This document shows positions 1-12,205 of a DNA stretch of 64,000 bases, piece by piece. The translations under genes were made by a program, and so were the position numbers. This DNA comes from Amoebidium appalachense (Eukaryota; Protista; Ichthyosporea): assembly GCA_963693365.1 (NCBI GenBank), contig CAVNZM010000014.1, positions 5,890,001 through 5,954,000 on the forward strand, written 5' to 3'. Every line of letters begins with the position of its first letter. The stretch's first letter is position 1. The notes under the pieces were generated by a model. The model ran no database searches. It had not been told where the DNA came from and worked only from the letters and a program-made list of their open reading frames with translations.

Positions 1-106
1 ATCCCCCTCCCCTCCCCTCCCCCCCCCCCCCCCCCCCCCCGCGCACACGCATTGTGTACATGCACGCACACGCACACATGCACGCATGCACGCACGCGCA
101 TGCGCG

Positions 107-175
<69 letters not shown>

Positions 176-190
176 AGACACACACACACA

Positions 191-315
191 CACGTTTAAC
201 TCACCGCCACCCGGACCCTCCTCTTTTCAGATGCACACACACACACACACACAGACACACACACACACACGTTTAACTCACCGCCACCCGGACCCTCCTC
301 TTTTCAGATGCACAT
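191..315. repeat. Local ~50-bp direct duplication separated by (CA)n
   Basis: CACGTTTAACTCACCGCCACCCGGACCCTCCTCTTTTCAGATGCACA occurs at ~191 and ~268. Confidence 0.85.
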
Positions 316-399
316 GTAAGGAAAGAAGGAGTGGGAGAAGTGACCGGGATGCTGCCTTTTTCCTTTTTTTTCTTTTCTTTTTTTTCTTTTTATTTATTT

Positions 400-446
<47 letters not shown>

Positions 447-584
447 AGCATCATTAGTGAGGCCACCATTGGGGGCTAGCACATGTACCTTTAAGCTGAG
501 GGAAGCATATGCAGCCACCACCACAGACATTGTGCACGTGCACATTGCTGAAGACTCAACTGAATGAACGTTCAAACCTCCCAC

Positions 585-632
<48 letters not shown>

Positions 633-1142
633 CCCTCACCACCACCAAACCACCACCTTAAAGCAACCACCGCTACTCCCATTTTAGCCGCCGGGCTCAA
701 AAGGGCGCGAAGAAGCTTAAGCTGGCTCTGTCAAATGTCGAACACAATGTGATTGAGTCTCTTGATAATCATTGGTGAGCCGCATTTGAGAAATGTGGTT
801 CTCGGGTAGACGCTTAAATTTAAGAGAAGCGGTGGTTAGCTTAAGGCAGCACTCCCGAGCTTTTCCCGGCACCGAGTCCATATGACCTTGGAGTACATCT
901 CACACGAGATCCCCCCCCTCCCCCCCCCCTCTCTCTCCCCACCCACCCACCCACACACATGCACACACACATGTACACACACACCACCACGTACCACCAC
1001 CACCACGTGCACCACCACCCTCCTCCTCCTATGTACCCTTTACCAACTCTAGCTAATGCTGAATTTGTAGCCCCCCCCCCCCCCCCCCTCCCCCCCGCCC
1101 CCCTCCGGCCCTTTTTTTTTTGTTTGTTTGTTTGTTTGGAGT

Positions 1143-1179
<37 letters not shown>

Positions 1180-1599
1180 ACCAACGGCTACGGCAACGTT
1201 AACTAGATATTAGCTCATATAGGCCAATGGACCTGGGTTGCAATTGGTAGTGCCTTTTTTCTTTCTTTCAATCTTTCTTTCAATCTTTTTTTTTTTTTTT
1301 TTTTTTTTTTGGGGGGGGGGGGGGGGGGGAGGGGGGGGGGGGGGGGGGGGGGAGGTAACAGATGTTACAGGGACAATATGCACAGAGCCAAGCATACATC
1401 CAGCCGTTCTGTGTATTCATGTGGTGTTCATAAAGGGGAACAGTTGCTGCGGCCGAAACAGCCTGTAAGGTATATATATATATCACTAAGCATGGACAGC
1501 TATATGACAGTTACAGGAATCGAAACGGGTGTGTTGATGATATCTCCTAAGAAAAACGGATTGGGTCCCTTCACCGCCAATTGTTGATGTTTGTTTGTT

Positions 1600-1649
<50 letters not shown>

Positions 1650-2586
1650 TGTGTGTCCGTGTGTGTGTGGTTAGCTGTGTTTGTCTCTGTGCAGACGCGT
1701 GTGTGTGTGTGTGTGTGTGTGTCCTTGTGCCTGCGTTTATCTGTGCGTACATGTGCGACATTTTCGTGTGTACGGGTTAAGTGTGCCATCGTGTGTGTGT
1801 GTGTGTGTTGGTTTGCGATCGTGTCTGTGCAAACCTCACCATCCGTTGGTGTCTGTGCGTGCGTTTGAGCATCCGTGTTTGTTTGCTTTCTTTTTGGGAA
1901 GCGCACCGTGTTTGCACCGTCACATACACAGAACGTGGAGCTATCTGCATACACAATTGTGCTGTTTTGATGTCTTGCGCAGGTGCGCCATGAATCAAAA
2001 CGTGTGTTACGACATGTATGTGTGGGGGAGAACGTGTGTGTCATGGCTTTGCCAAGGCATGCATGCAAAAACAAGTTCAGCGTTTTATACATCCACACAT
2101 CGCACACAAATGCGGCCACACACACACACACACTCACCCACCCTCACACACACACACACACACACAAATGCCGGCTTGTCTATCATTTGGCACACCTGTT
2201 AAAAGGTTGACGTTTTTACTCGAGCCCCACACCCCCTCACCCAGTTCGGAGGTACGGTGGCATTAAAGATCTGATATCCCAAACTTGCTATAACCCTATC
2301 AGCCAGCTCAAGGGCAAAGCAGTATTTTTCAAACGTGGCAAGTACTAAGGCATTATGGAAACGGTGAGCCATAAAAAACCCAGGAAAAACCCCAAAACCA
2401 ACAAAAAAACCAAAAAAAAAAAAAGGTATGGATCCGCCTGTCTTTTCCATCAACCCTAGAAAAATCCACATGTGAGCCACTAGCCATCCCACAAGTTCGG
2501 TGAAGCCACTAGCCAGCCCGCAAGTTCAACATTCAAAATTTACGTGCGGGGGTCCAGGGCTTACATTCAGCACCCGTAACGGGGGT

Positions 2587-3207
2587 TTACAGGGCCTCAA
2601 TGCGCTTGCGAATTTCAGTCTCGAGCTTGACAGTGTCGACGCCGAACTTGCGGATGCCATCGGAAAGCTTCTCGGTGGCCTATTGGAGGGAGGGGGGTTA
2701 GAACGAGTCTCAACAGTGTTTTTGCATAGCACACAGAGAGAGGGGGAGGGGGAGGGGGAGGGGGGTTTGAATGCGGAACACGGTACGAAGTACGCATACA
2801 CGAAGGACACATGCAAAGGCAAACATTCAAGTATGCATACATCAGCCATACGCACAGTATGCGTCATAAGCAGAGCCCATCCTCAGGGAGGGCCCAAGTC
2901 ATCAATTGCGTCTGAGTTTCGACCCCTTAGCCCGCGTATATACGACTCTCCAACTCAGACAGCAGCATCAACTGAACTTGGGAGGGTCAACCCGTCTTGA
3001 TCAAAGACGAGCAGGGTTGCTTATGCAAGCAAGGTGAGCAAAACGGTGAAGATGTGTGTGCAAACTAATGCAGTGCAGCGAAAAATGCATATGCGCTTAC
3101 AGATGCGCGACACAGAGCAACCATGCCCGGCTGCATGGAAGTAAAGCGGTCTCCACACAGTGGTCTGTCCTGAAAGGACACCTCTGAAAGAAGACTGGGG
3201 GGGGGGG

Positions 3208-3245
<38 letters not shown>

Positions 3246-4583
3246 AGGGACGGCATGCTAGTACATGAAAGGCTATAGTTGGTAGTGGGTGGATGTGTGT
3301 GTGTGGCGTGGGGAGGGGGGGGGGGGAGGGGGGGGGGGAGGATCAGAGCGGACGTGTGTGCGTGTGTGTGCTTGCCCATGAAATGGATATCGAAGGGTGG
3401 GTGGGTGGTGGAGGGGGGGGAAGGGGGAAGGGAGGGGGGGAGGGGGGGGGGGGGGTGGGAAGGGGTGGTTTGTGACAGGCGCTTATCAATAGAAGGGAGG
3501 GGAAGCAGGGGAGGGGCTTGGTTTGTGTGCGTGTGTGTTTCGAGTGGTGGGTGGGTGGGTGGGGTACTCAGACACACATGCGCTTATCCATAGAAGCGGA
3601 TTGGGGGAGGGGGGGGGGGGGGGGGGGGGTTTGAATGCGTCAAAAAGTACGAAGTACACAAGAACAAACGGATAACATGATGCAGAATGCAAGCCATACA
3701 TAAAGAGTATGCATAAGGGGGGGTAGCATGCGTTCAATAAGCCATATGTGTTGCAAGTGTGTTCTCATGCATGGACGCATGCACGCACTCACTCACCATC
3801 TGGTCCTCGTTCAGGCCCCAGCGGAAGGACGCCTCATTCAGATCGATCTTGGGGATGTCCAACTTCTGCGCCGCCTCCACAGACAGCACCTGCTCCACCT
3901 TCTCCTCGCTTCCCTGCAACTTCTCCAGGAGCTGAGGCGAGATGGTGAGGAAATCAACACCCGCAAGGCCCAAAATCTCGTCCGTGTTGCGGAAGGAAGC
4001 ACCCATAACGATGGTCTTGTACCCGTGCTTCTTGTAGTAGTTGTAGATCTTGGTAACGGAGACCACACCGGGGTCAGTCTTGCGATCGTAAACAGCCTTG
4101 GCATCCTGAGCCTTGTACCAATCCATAATGCGGCCCACGAAGGGGGAGATGAGAGTGGCGCCGACCTGAGCGCAACCCACGGCCTGAACGAACGCAAAGA
4201 TAAGAGTCATGTTGCAGTGGATACCCTCTGCTTCGAGCTCCTTGCATGCTTGGATGCCCTCCCATGTGGAGGCCAGCTTGATCAGGACACGGTCCTTGGA
4301 GATGCCTGCGGCCTTGTAGAGTTCGATGTAGCGGTGCGCCTTGGCAATGCTGGCCTCCTTGTCGAAGGAGAGGCTGTAGGTGTGTGTATGTGTGTGTGTT
4401 TGTGGAGAGGGGGGGGGGGGGGGGGGAACGAGGGAGAGGAGAGGGGTTGGGGGGGAGGGGGGGGGAAGGGGAGCGAAGGAGGTGGAGAGAAGGAGGGGGG
4501 GGGGGGGGGGGGGGACGAGGGAAGAATGGTGGTGGTGGTTAGGGGATGGGTGGTAGGTAGGGGGGTAGGGGTGTGGGGTGTGT

Positions 4584-4633
<50 letters not shown>

Positions 4634-5062
4634 AAGAATATGTACATGTCGCAGAGCATGAAGTGTTCATTCGCGGCGGACAACACCATGCAGATCTTGA
4701 ATAGCACACACAAACAGTATGCATCATCAGGAGGGGGCAAGGGGGGGGGGGGGGGGGGGGGGGAACAGAGCCTGGAAGGGGTGGTGGGGATACAGAGGGA
4801 TGCCGGAGGGAAACAATTTTAGCAGCCTGTGTGTGAGCATATGCCATGAGAGTGTAGGAGGTGTGTGTGTGCGAGGGGGGGGGGGGGGGGGGGGGGGGCT
4901 ACTGAAGACTGTGTGTGTTCTTTTCGTTGAAGGATGGGAGAAGGAAGGGGTGGGGGGGCTGGCGGGGTCATATGTTGGCAACGAGGAGAGGCGTATAATA
5001 AGTCATGTCTTATCTCCCCCCCCCCCCCCCCCCCCCCCTCCTCCCCCCCCCCCCTCCCCCCC

Positions 5063-5097
<35 letters not shown>

Positions 5098-5154
5098 CGA
5101 GACACAGGCGTGTGAGTCTGTATGTGTGTGTGAAGGGCGAAGGGGAGGAGGGTT

Positions 5155-5200
<46 letters not shown>

Positions 5201-5356
5201 CGCATACCGAGCATCAACCTCGGTGGACACACGGCCGGGGATAACCTTCAGAATCTCAACACCGAAGTTAACAGCCTAATGGGGCAAGAGGGAGGAAGTG
5301 TTAGCATATGCAAAATTCTAACTAAACCGTAGAAATGGTATCCTGCAGTTGGGTTC

Positions 5357-5393
<37 letters not shown>

Positions 5394-6696
5394 TAGTGGT
5401 GTTTGTGTGTGTGTGAGGGGGGGGGGGGGGGGGGGGGAGGGGGGGAATACGGCCCCCCAAAGGTTCATTCTTTGAGGTTGAGAGAAAGAGACTGTGTGTG
5501 TAGCCCTGTTTGTGTGTCACGTGTTGGTGTGTGATTGGTATGACGGGGTGTGTGGTTGTAGTTGTAATTATGGTAAGTGTGCTTGTGGGTGGGTGGATGG
5601 TTGGTGTGGTGGAGGTTGTCCAGGGAGGGGGGGGGGGGGGGGGGGGGGAGGTCGTGCGTACCAGTTTGTCAAGGGCAAGCTCAACCTGCTCCTCGATGGT
5701 GCTGTGGTGGAAAGGCAGCAGTTAGCACAAGGAGAGTAACAAACGGGAAGGGGGCAAGAAAAGAGGGGTGCTTGCTGGGGCTACTTGCGTCTGAAAGTGA
5801 GGAGGCTGCCAGAGAGCAGTACGCAGAAGTAGTGGAAAGTAAACGGGGAAAAGTCAATAAACAAGAAGAATGGTGCCTTTGGAGTTCCACTGCTGCCCCT
5901 TCTATGCCAACTTCGTGTTTATGCTAGTCAGAAGAGAGGGGGGAGGGGGGAAACACAGGAACGAAAGAAGGGTAGGTGTATGTTTGGACGGACGCGGTGA
6001 AGATGGCACCAATAACGAATGGAGGAGGTGAAGAGGAGGAGAAGAGGGCTGAAGGAGAGTGGGGAGCAAAGGAGGGCGCCGGGGGGGGGGGGGGGGGGGG
6101 GGGGGGGGAAAGGGGCGGAGGGGGGGGAGGGGGGGGGGGGGGGGTTCCATACGCGCCGTTGTCCTTGCCGTACTTGCAGGCATCGTCAACGAGGTGCTTG
6201 TAGGCGGGGATCTGGGCAGCCTGGTACAGCAGAGACGGGTTGGTGGTGGCATCAGTTGGCTTGAACTTGGCAATGCCTGGTGACGGAGGGTAGAGTTAGG
6301 AAGCCGTTTTCTACCCTGAGGAGGGAATTACAGCACAGGGATTGGCGTGTCAAGGACTCCAAAGAAAAGTAAAATAGGAAGGAGAAAGGCAAGTGGCAGA
6401 AAGAGAGCAGCTCAAAGGGAGGGGGGAAGGGGGGGTTGTCACAGGAGGATGGGGGGAAGAGAGAGCGGGTAGGTGATGGGAAGGACAGCAAAGACAAGCT
6501 CGAAGAAGGTAGAACTTAGCAGTGCAAGGGAAAATGGTTTTCTTTGACAGGGGCCGGGGGGGGGGGGGGGGGGGGGGGGGGGAGGTAAGACAGAAAGGGG
6601 AGGAGGCCGAAGATGGGGCGAGAACTTACTCTCGAAGTCACCCGTGTCAGCCACAACGGTGGTGAGGGCCTTGAGCTGCTCCAAAGCGTTGGCCAT
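2587..6696 (-). CDS. TAL1: Transaldolase, 6 exons (6630-6696, 6153-6276, 5662-5701, 5208-5275, 3797-4373, 2587-2679), 322 aa
   Basis: Exons join in phase across GT-AG introns (969 nt). Protein reads [98 protein letters not shown], the transaldolase signatures including the catalytic Lys. Confidence 0.96.
2766..3026 (-). repeat. Dispersed structured intronic element, longer copy, in the last transaldolase intron
   Basis: 2766-2941 is a near-identical reverse complement of 33098-33273; the copy also has extensive self-complementarity out to 3026. Confidence 0.8.
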
Positions 6697-8098
6697 TTTG
6701 ACTTTCTGCAAGAAACTTTGAGTGAGAAGCAGGAGACAAAAAATGGAAACCAAAACTACACGGATACCACAAAAGGGAGAAAGAAAAGAGTCCTCGGGTA
6801 AAAAGGAAATCACGCCGTGCGCGTGGCATAGTTTGAAAAAAACAAACACTTTGTAGTATATACGAGGGGGGGAGCAAACAAAACCCTTATTTACACTCTT
6901 ACACTAGACTTCCTTCCTAACTTCGTTTTGTAAAACACACCTTTTCAGGAAAAAAACGCTTGACTAGTGGATGACAAAATCGGACAGCTCTCTGATCGCA
7001 GGGCGGAATGTGGTTGCTGGAACCGGGAAACCTGTTTTTATATCTGGCGGAAAAAGGCAGTTTTTAGATGGCGATAATACAAACGCGTGATATCTGGCTA
7101 ATCAATGATGCAAAAAAATCAAGGGTTGGGAGCACGTGAAATGACACCACATGTGCGAGTTGGTGTTCTCGAATATCAGTTGTGTTTTTGATGACCTTGC
7201 ATAAAGCTTTACACCAATTTGAAATAGAGGTTTCTATTTATTTCATTATTTAATTCAAAATCGCTTTTCCTAGGGACGTAAACTGTTCTTATTTCAGAAG
7301 TTCGATTACTGCCACGCATGTCATAATCTATCCATCCAATAACATTAATTTCTGGATGTATGAGATTGCCGTGCAAATAGCGATCCACCATTGGTCGCCC
7401 AAATTAAACATTATGATTGGCGAAGCGCCCACACGCATTTTTGATTGGTGCGCATCAATTCAGTAGGCCAATTAGAAAATGTTTTGTGCTAATGACCATC
7501 CAATATTATTTTGTTTCCTTGGACATTTTTACCTTTTTTTGGATAAGCGGGGGGGTTGGAGCAAAAAAAAGAAAGAAAAGAAAAAAAAAAAAGGAAAGAA
7601 ACACAGCACAGAACATCACATAGATTCGAAGCGGTTGCAAGGCTCAAGTGCGACCATGTTGAAAAACCGTATAAGTTGTTGTTCAATCGTCAGATATGTA
7701 TATACAGGCATACCATGCCACGGTAACACTCCAAAGCTCATTTTTGTTTTCTACGTGAAGTGAAGCGTAGCGCGGTAGTCGGTGAGTTCCCGTGCGGCCG
7801 CCAAACAGCCGTCAGTTGACCACATGTCCCTTCGTGGCAGCATTGTGCCTCGGACTCCACTGGCCGGTTAACTTAGTTGGTACGGTGTCCAATGTGCCGT
7901 GTGAATATCTCACGGATTTGTGTGTGTTAATGTTAAACAGCCCTCCTGTATGTAAAACACATACATGAAAGACACACAGGGGACGGAAACACACACACAC
8001 AGGCCCCCACGCACCCGCGCGGTCTACACACGCACACACAGGAACAAATGAACACACACCAACAGATATCATGTGACACGCACATTTAAGCGTGCACG

Positions 8099-8202
<104 letters not shown>

Positions 8203-8858
8203 GTGACACACCGTTACACACGTGCACACACACACACACAGACACACGCACATGGACTTCACGCGCGCGCGCACAGGCACACCCGTACATACACACACAC
8301 GTGCATACACACACACCCACACACCCACATGTACACATACACACGCTCACACACTCACTCAGACAAACATACAAACACGCGTGTGTTCCCAAGTACTACT
8401 GCTATGCGTATGCGCCAAAACAACTTCTTGACAAGGCCAACTCGTGAGTTGCATTTCAACATCAACACCCTTGATTGCACCACCAACACCAACATCACCA
8501 ACCCCAACACCCCAAACGCACACACAGACCACAGACACACACTCTATGTCCACGAATATTCCCCAGCGGCACCAGGGGGGGGGGGGGGAGGGGAGGGGGA
8601 GGGGGGTGGGGGTGGGGTTGGGGGTGGGGGTGGGGGGTGGGGTGGGGGGGGGGGGGGGGGGGGGGGGGGCGATGGGAAAAGGGGGGGGGAAGGGGGGACA
8701 GGGATGAAAGACGAGGGATAACGAAGTTAGCTGAATAGAAATATGCACAGGGTAATTTGCAGCAGCCGAATGGGCTTGTTGAACGAATTGAGGCCGAATT
8801 CAAATTTGGATGCACTATCCCTTGTGATACAGTGTGTTTTTTGGGCAGTGTGAGTGCA

Positions 8859-8960
<102 letters not shown>

Positions 8961-8974
8961 CCCCCCCCCCCCTA

Positions 8975-9009
<35 letters not shown>

Positions 9010-9199
9010 TGTATCATGATATACTTACGGGTTCTCCTAATTTCTGATTTGCTAATTTTTAATAAACTTTCCAATGCCTTTGGCCATAGGGTAAACCTTA
9101 AAGTTTAATGGGCCGGGCCTGGGGGACGGTAGGGGGAGGCAGGAGATCAAATAGGGGTTGGGGGGAGGGGGGGATGGGGGGGGGAGGAGGGGGTGCGGG

Positions 9200-9231
<32 letters not shown>

Positions 9232-9911
9232 GCTGTGTGTGTGCAATGCGATGAGGCACATGAGATGGAGGTGAGTGGATCACTGTGTTGGACATGAATC
9301 AAACCATCAACCTCCTCCTCCCCCCCCCCCCCGGCCCTCCCCCCCCGGGCATACCCACCCACACACCCAACAAAAGCATGCAACTATGGTCTCCTTCTTG
9401 GTTTGGGTCGGGGGGAGGGGGGAGAGGGGGGTGGGGGGGAGGGGGGAAGGGGGGACGGCAGACAGAGAGTTGGGGCATGGCGCCGGGAGGTCGTAGAATT
9501 TCCATGTGCCGAGATGTAGCAACCATATCCCCCCATCCCCCACCAACAGGCAACCTCTTTCCCCCTCCCCCTCCCCCCCCCCCCCCTCCCCCCTCCCCCC
9601 CGGCCCTTTTTCACCGACCCCTTTTCCCACCCCTCCCCCGTCCTCTTTCTCCAACCCCCCTTTCTCCCCCCCCCCCCCCCCCCCCCCCCCCACCCCACGG
9701 GTTGCAATTAGAAGGGTACACATAACAGCCTGCCCATGGAATGTGGTACGGGCCAGGTTCGCTGTGGGCATCGGTTCGGTCTGGGCTACGGGTCGAATCA
9801 GTTGGGCCTAATCGGATGGTAATGGGGAGGGGGGGTTAGGGGAAGGGGGGGGGGGGGGGGGTTGTGGTGATTATTGTATTATTTTATCATAATTTATTTC
9901 GTTTTTTTTTT

Positions 9912-9952
<41 letters not shown>

Positions 9953-10086
9953 GGGGATAGTTGTTCCGTATGCCCCGTCAGTGTTACATCAGGTAAGATG
10001 ATGTTGTTGGAAGTAGAGTCCGCTGTGACTAGGGTCGTCGTGGCGCGCTTGGGCGCTGACCCGTTTTTTACTGCTTTCAGTGTGTT

Positions 10087-10290
10087 AACTCCATGACTGA
10101 ACTCCATGACTTAACTCCATGACTGAACTCCATGACTGAACTCCATGACTGAACTCCATGACTGAACTCCATGACTTAACTCCATGACTTAACTCCATGA
10201 CTGAACTCCATGACTGAACTCCATGTCTGAACTCCATGACTGAACTCCATGACTTAACTCCATGACTGAACTCCATGTCTTAACTCCATT
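10087..10290. repeat. 13-bp minisatellite (ACTCCATG[A/T]CT[G/T]A) inside LTR1, 16 units
   Basis: CTCCAT recurs with a 13-bp period from 10089 to 10284. Confidence 0.95.
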
Positions 10291-11988
10291 TCTGCACCTG
10301 GCAGAGCCGTGGTTTATATACCCGTGGGGCAGCAGTCTGGAATGTAATCCGGATGCCAGGCGCTAATCGGATTGGTTACTTTCATTTAGAGATCTCTGGG
10401 ACCAGTGAACCAATCGTTTGCAGTCAAAACACAATTGGCAACATTCCTCAACTATGCAGATGTGCATGTGGTGATCGAGTGTCAGCGTGTGTCTGTGTAC
10501 ACGGAACCAATTGTAAAGCTAACATACACATATTGTGGAGTGAGCGTAAGTCTGCACTCCAACACCCCTACCCAATTGGAGAAGTGTACACACCACTAGA
10601 GAAGAGAGAGTGAGTGTGGCTACTTGCAGGGTAGACCGGGGTGTGCATTCCACTGTGGTGCTTGCCCCGCCAATGAAGTGGAATACTTGACGTTGATGTC
10701 GCAGGCTGCTGCGGATGGAGTTTGTGGAAGCGAAAGTCTCTACTTCACGGAAATACGCTCGCGGGTGTAGGGTACAGCCTAGAAGTCGGGTTCTGGCTCC
10801 TCCGTTCAAGGCGTCGTAGGGGACGTGAAGTTAGAGGCCGCGGTGTCGTGTCTGGGCCCATAACCCTGTTGGAAGTAGAGTCCGCTGTGACTAGGGTCGT
10901 CGTGGCGCGCTTGGGCGCTGACCCGTTTTTTTACTGCTTTCAGTGTGTTAACTCCATGACTTAACTCCATGTCTGCACCTGGCAGAGCCGTGGCTTATAT
11001 ACCCGTGGGGCAGCAGTCTGGAATGTAATCCGGATGCCAGGCGCTAATCGGATTGGTTACTTTCATTTAGAGATCTCTGGGACCAGTGAACCAATCGTTT
11101 GCAGTCAAAACACAATTGGCAACATTCCTCAACTATGCAGATGTGCATGTGGTGATCGAGTGTCAGCGTGTGTCTGTGTACACGGAACCAATTGTAAAGC
11201 TAACATACACATATTGTGGAGTGAGCGTAAGTCTGCACTCCTGGGCCCATAACCCTGTTGGAAGTAGAGTCCGCTGTGACTAGGGTCGTCGTGGCGCGCT
11301 TGGGCGCTGACCCGTTTTTTTACTGCTTTCAGTGTGTTAACTCCATGACTGAACTCCATGACTTAACTCCATGACTTAACTCCATGACTGAACTCCATGT
11401 CTGAACTCCATTTCTGCACCTGGCAGAGCCGTGGTTTATATACCCGTGGGGCAGCAGTCTGGAATGTAATCCGGATGCCAGGCGCTAATCGGATTGGTTA
11501 CTTTCATTTAGAGATCTCTGGGACCAGTGAACCAATCGTTTGCAGTCAAAACACAATTGGCAACATTCCTCAACTATGCAGATGTGCATGTGGTGATCGA
11601 GTGTCAGCGTGTGTCTGTGTACACGGAACCAATTGTAAAGCTAACATACACATATTGTGGAGTGAGCGTAAGTCTGCACTCCAACACCCCTACCCAATTG
11701 GAGAAGTGTACACACCACTAGAGAAGAGAGAGTGAGTGTGGCTGCTTGCAGGGTAGACCGGGGTGTGCATTCCACTGTGGTGCGTGCCCCGCCAATGAAG
11801 TGGAATACTTGACGTTGATGTCGCAGGCTGCTGCGGATGGAGTTTGTGGAAGCGAAAGTCTCTAATGAAGTTAGAGGCCGCGGTGTCGTGTCTGGGCCCA
11901 TAACCCTGTTGGAAGTAGAGTCCGCTGTGACTAGGGTCGTCGTGGCGCGCTTGGGCGCTGACCCGTTTTTTACTGCTTTCAGTGTGTT

Positions 11989-12205
11989 AACTCCATGACT
12001 GAACTCCATGTCTTTACTCCATCACTGAACTCCATGACTGAACTCCATGACTGAACTCCATGACTGAACTCCATGACTGAACTCCATGACTGAACTCCAT
12101 GTCTGAACTCCATGTCTGCACTCCATGTCTTTACTCCATGACTGAACTCCATGACTGAACTCCATGACTGAACTCCATGACTGAACTCCATGTCTGAACT
12201 CCATG
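11989..12205. repeat. 13-bp minisatellite inside LTR4, 17 units
   Basis: Same unit, 13-bp period from 11991 to 12199. Confidence 0.95.

Noticed and set aside
191-330. Duplicated micro-exon (TTTCAG|ATGCACAT|GTAAG on plus, or a GTGAGT donor on minus)
   Set aside because: Plausible sites on both strands and no partner exons identifiable at the window edge.
2860-3026. SRP RNA or glycine riboswitch (GAGCAG, GGAGAG..GAAACTC motifs)
   Set aside because: Partner motifs (helix-8 CAGG/GNRA; CCGAAG) are missing.
3728-4822. 364-aa plus-strand ORF
   Set aside because: Antisense shadow of transaldolase exon 5 plus poly-G.
10353-10613. Repeated 'MPGANRIGY..' ORFs as a gene family
   Set aside because: Antisense frames of the repeated LTR.
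10087-12205. CRISPR-like or telomere-like array
   Set aside because: Contiguous 13-bp units without unique spacers, embedded in LTRs; no cas genes; eukaryotic context.
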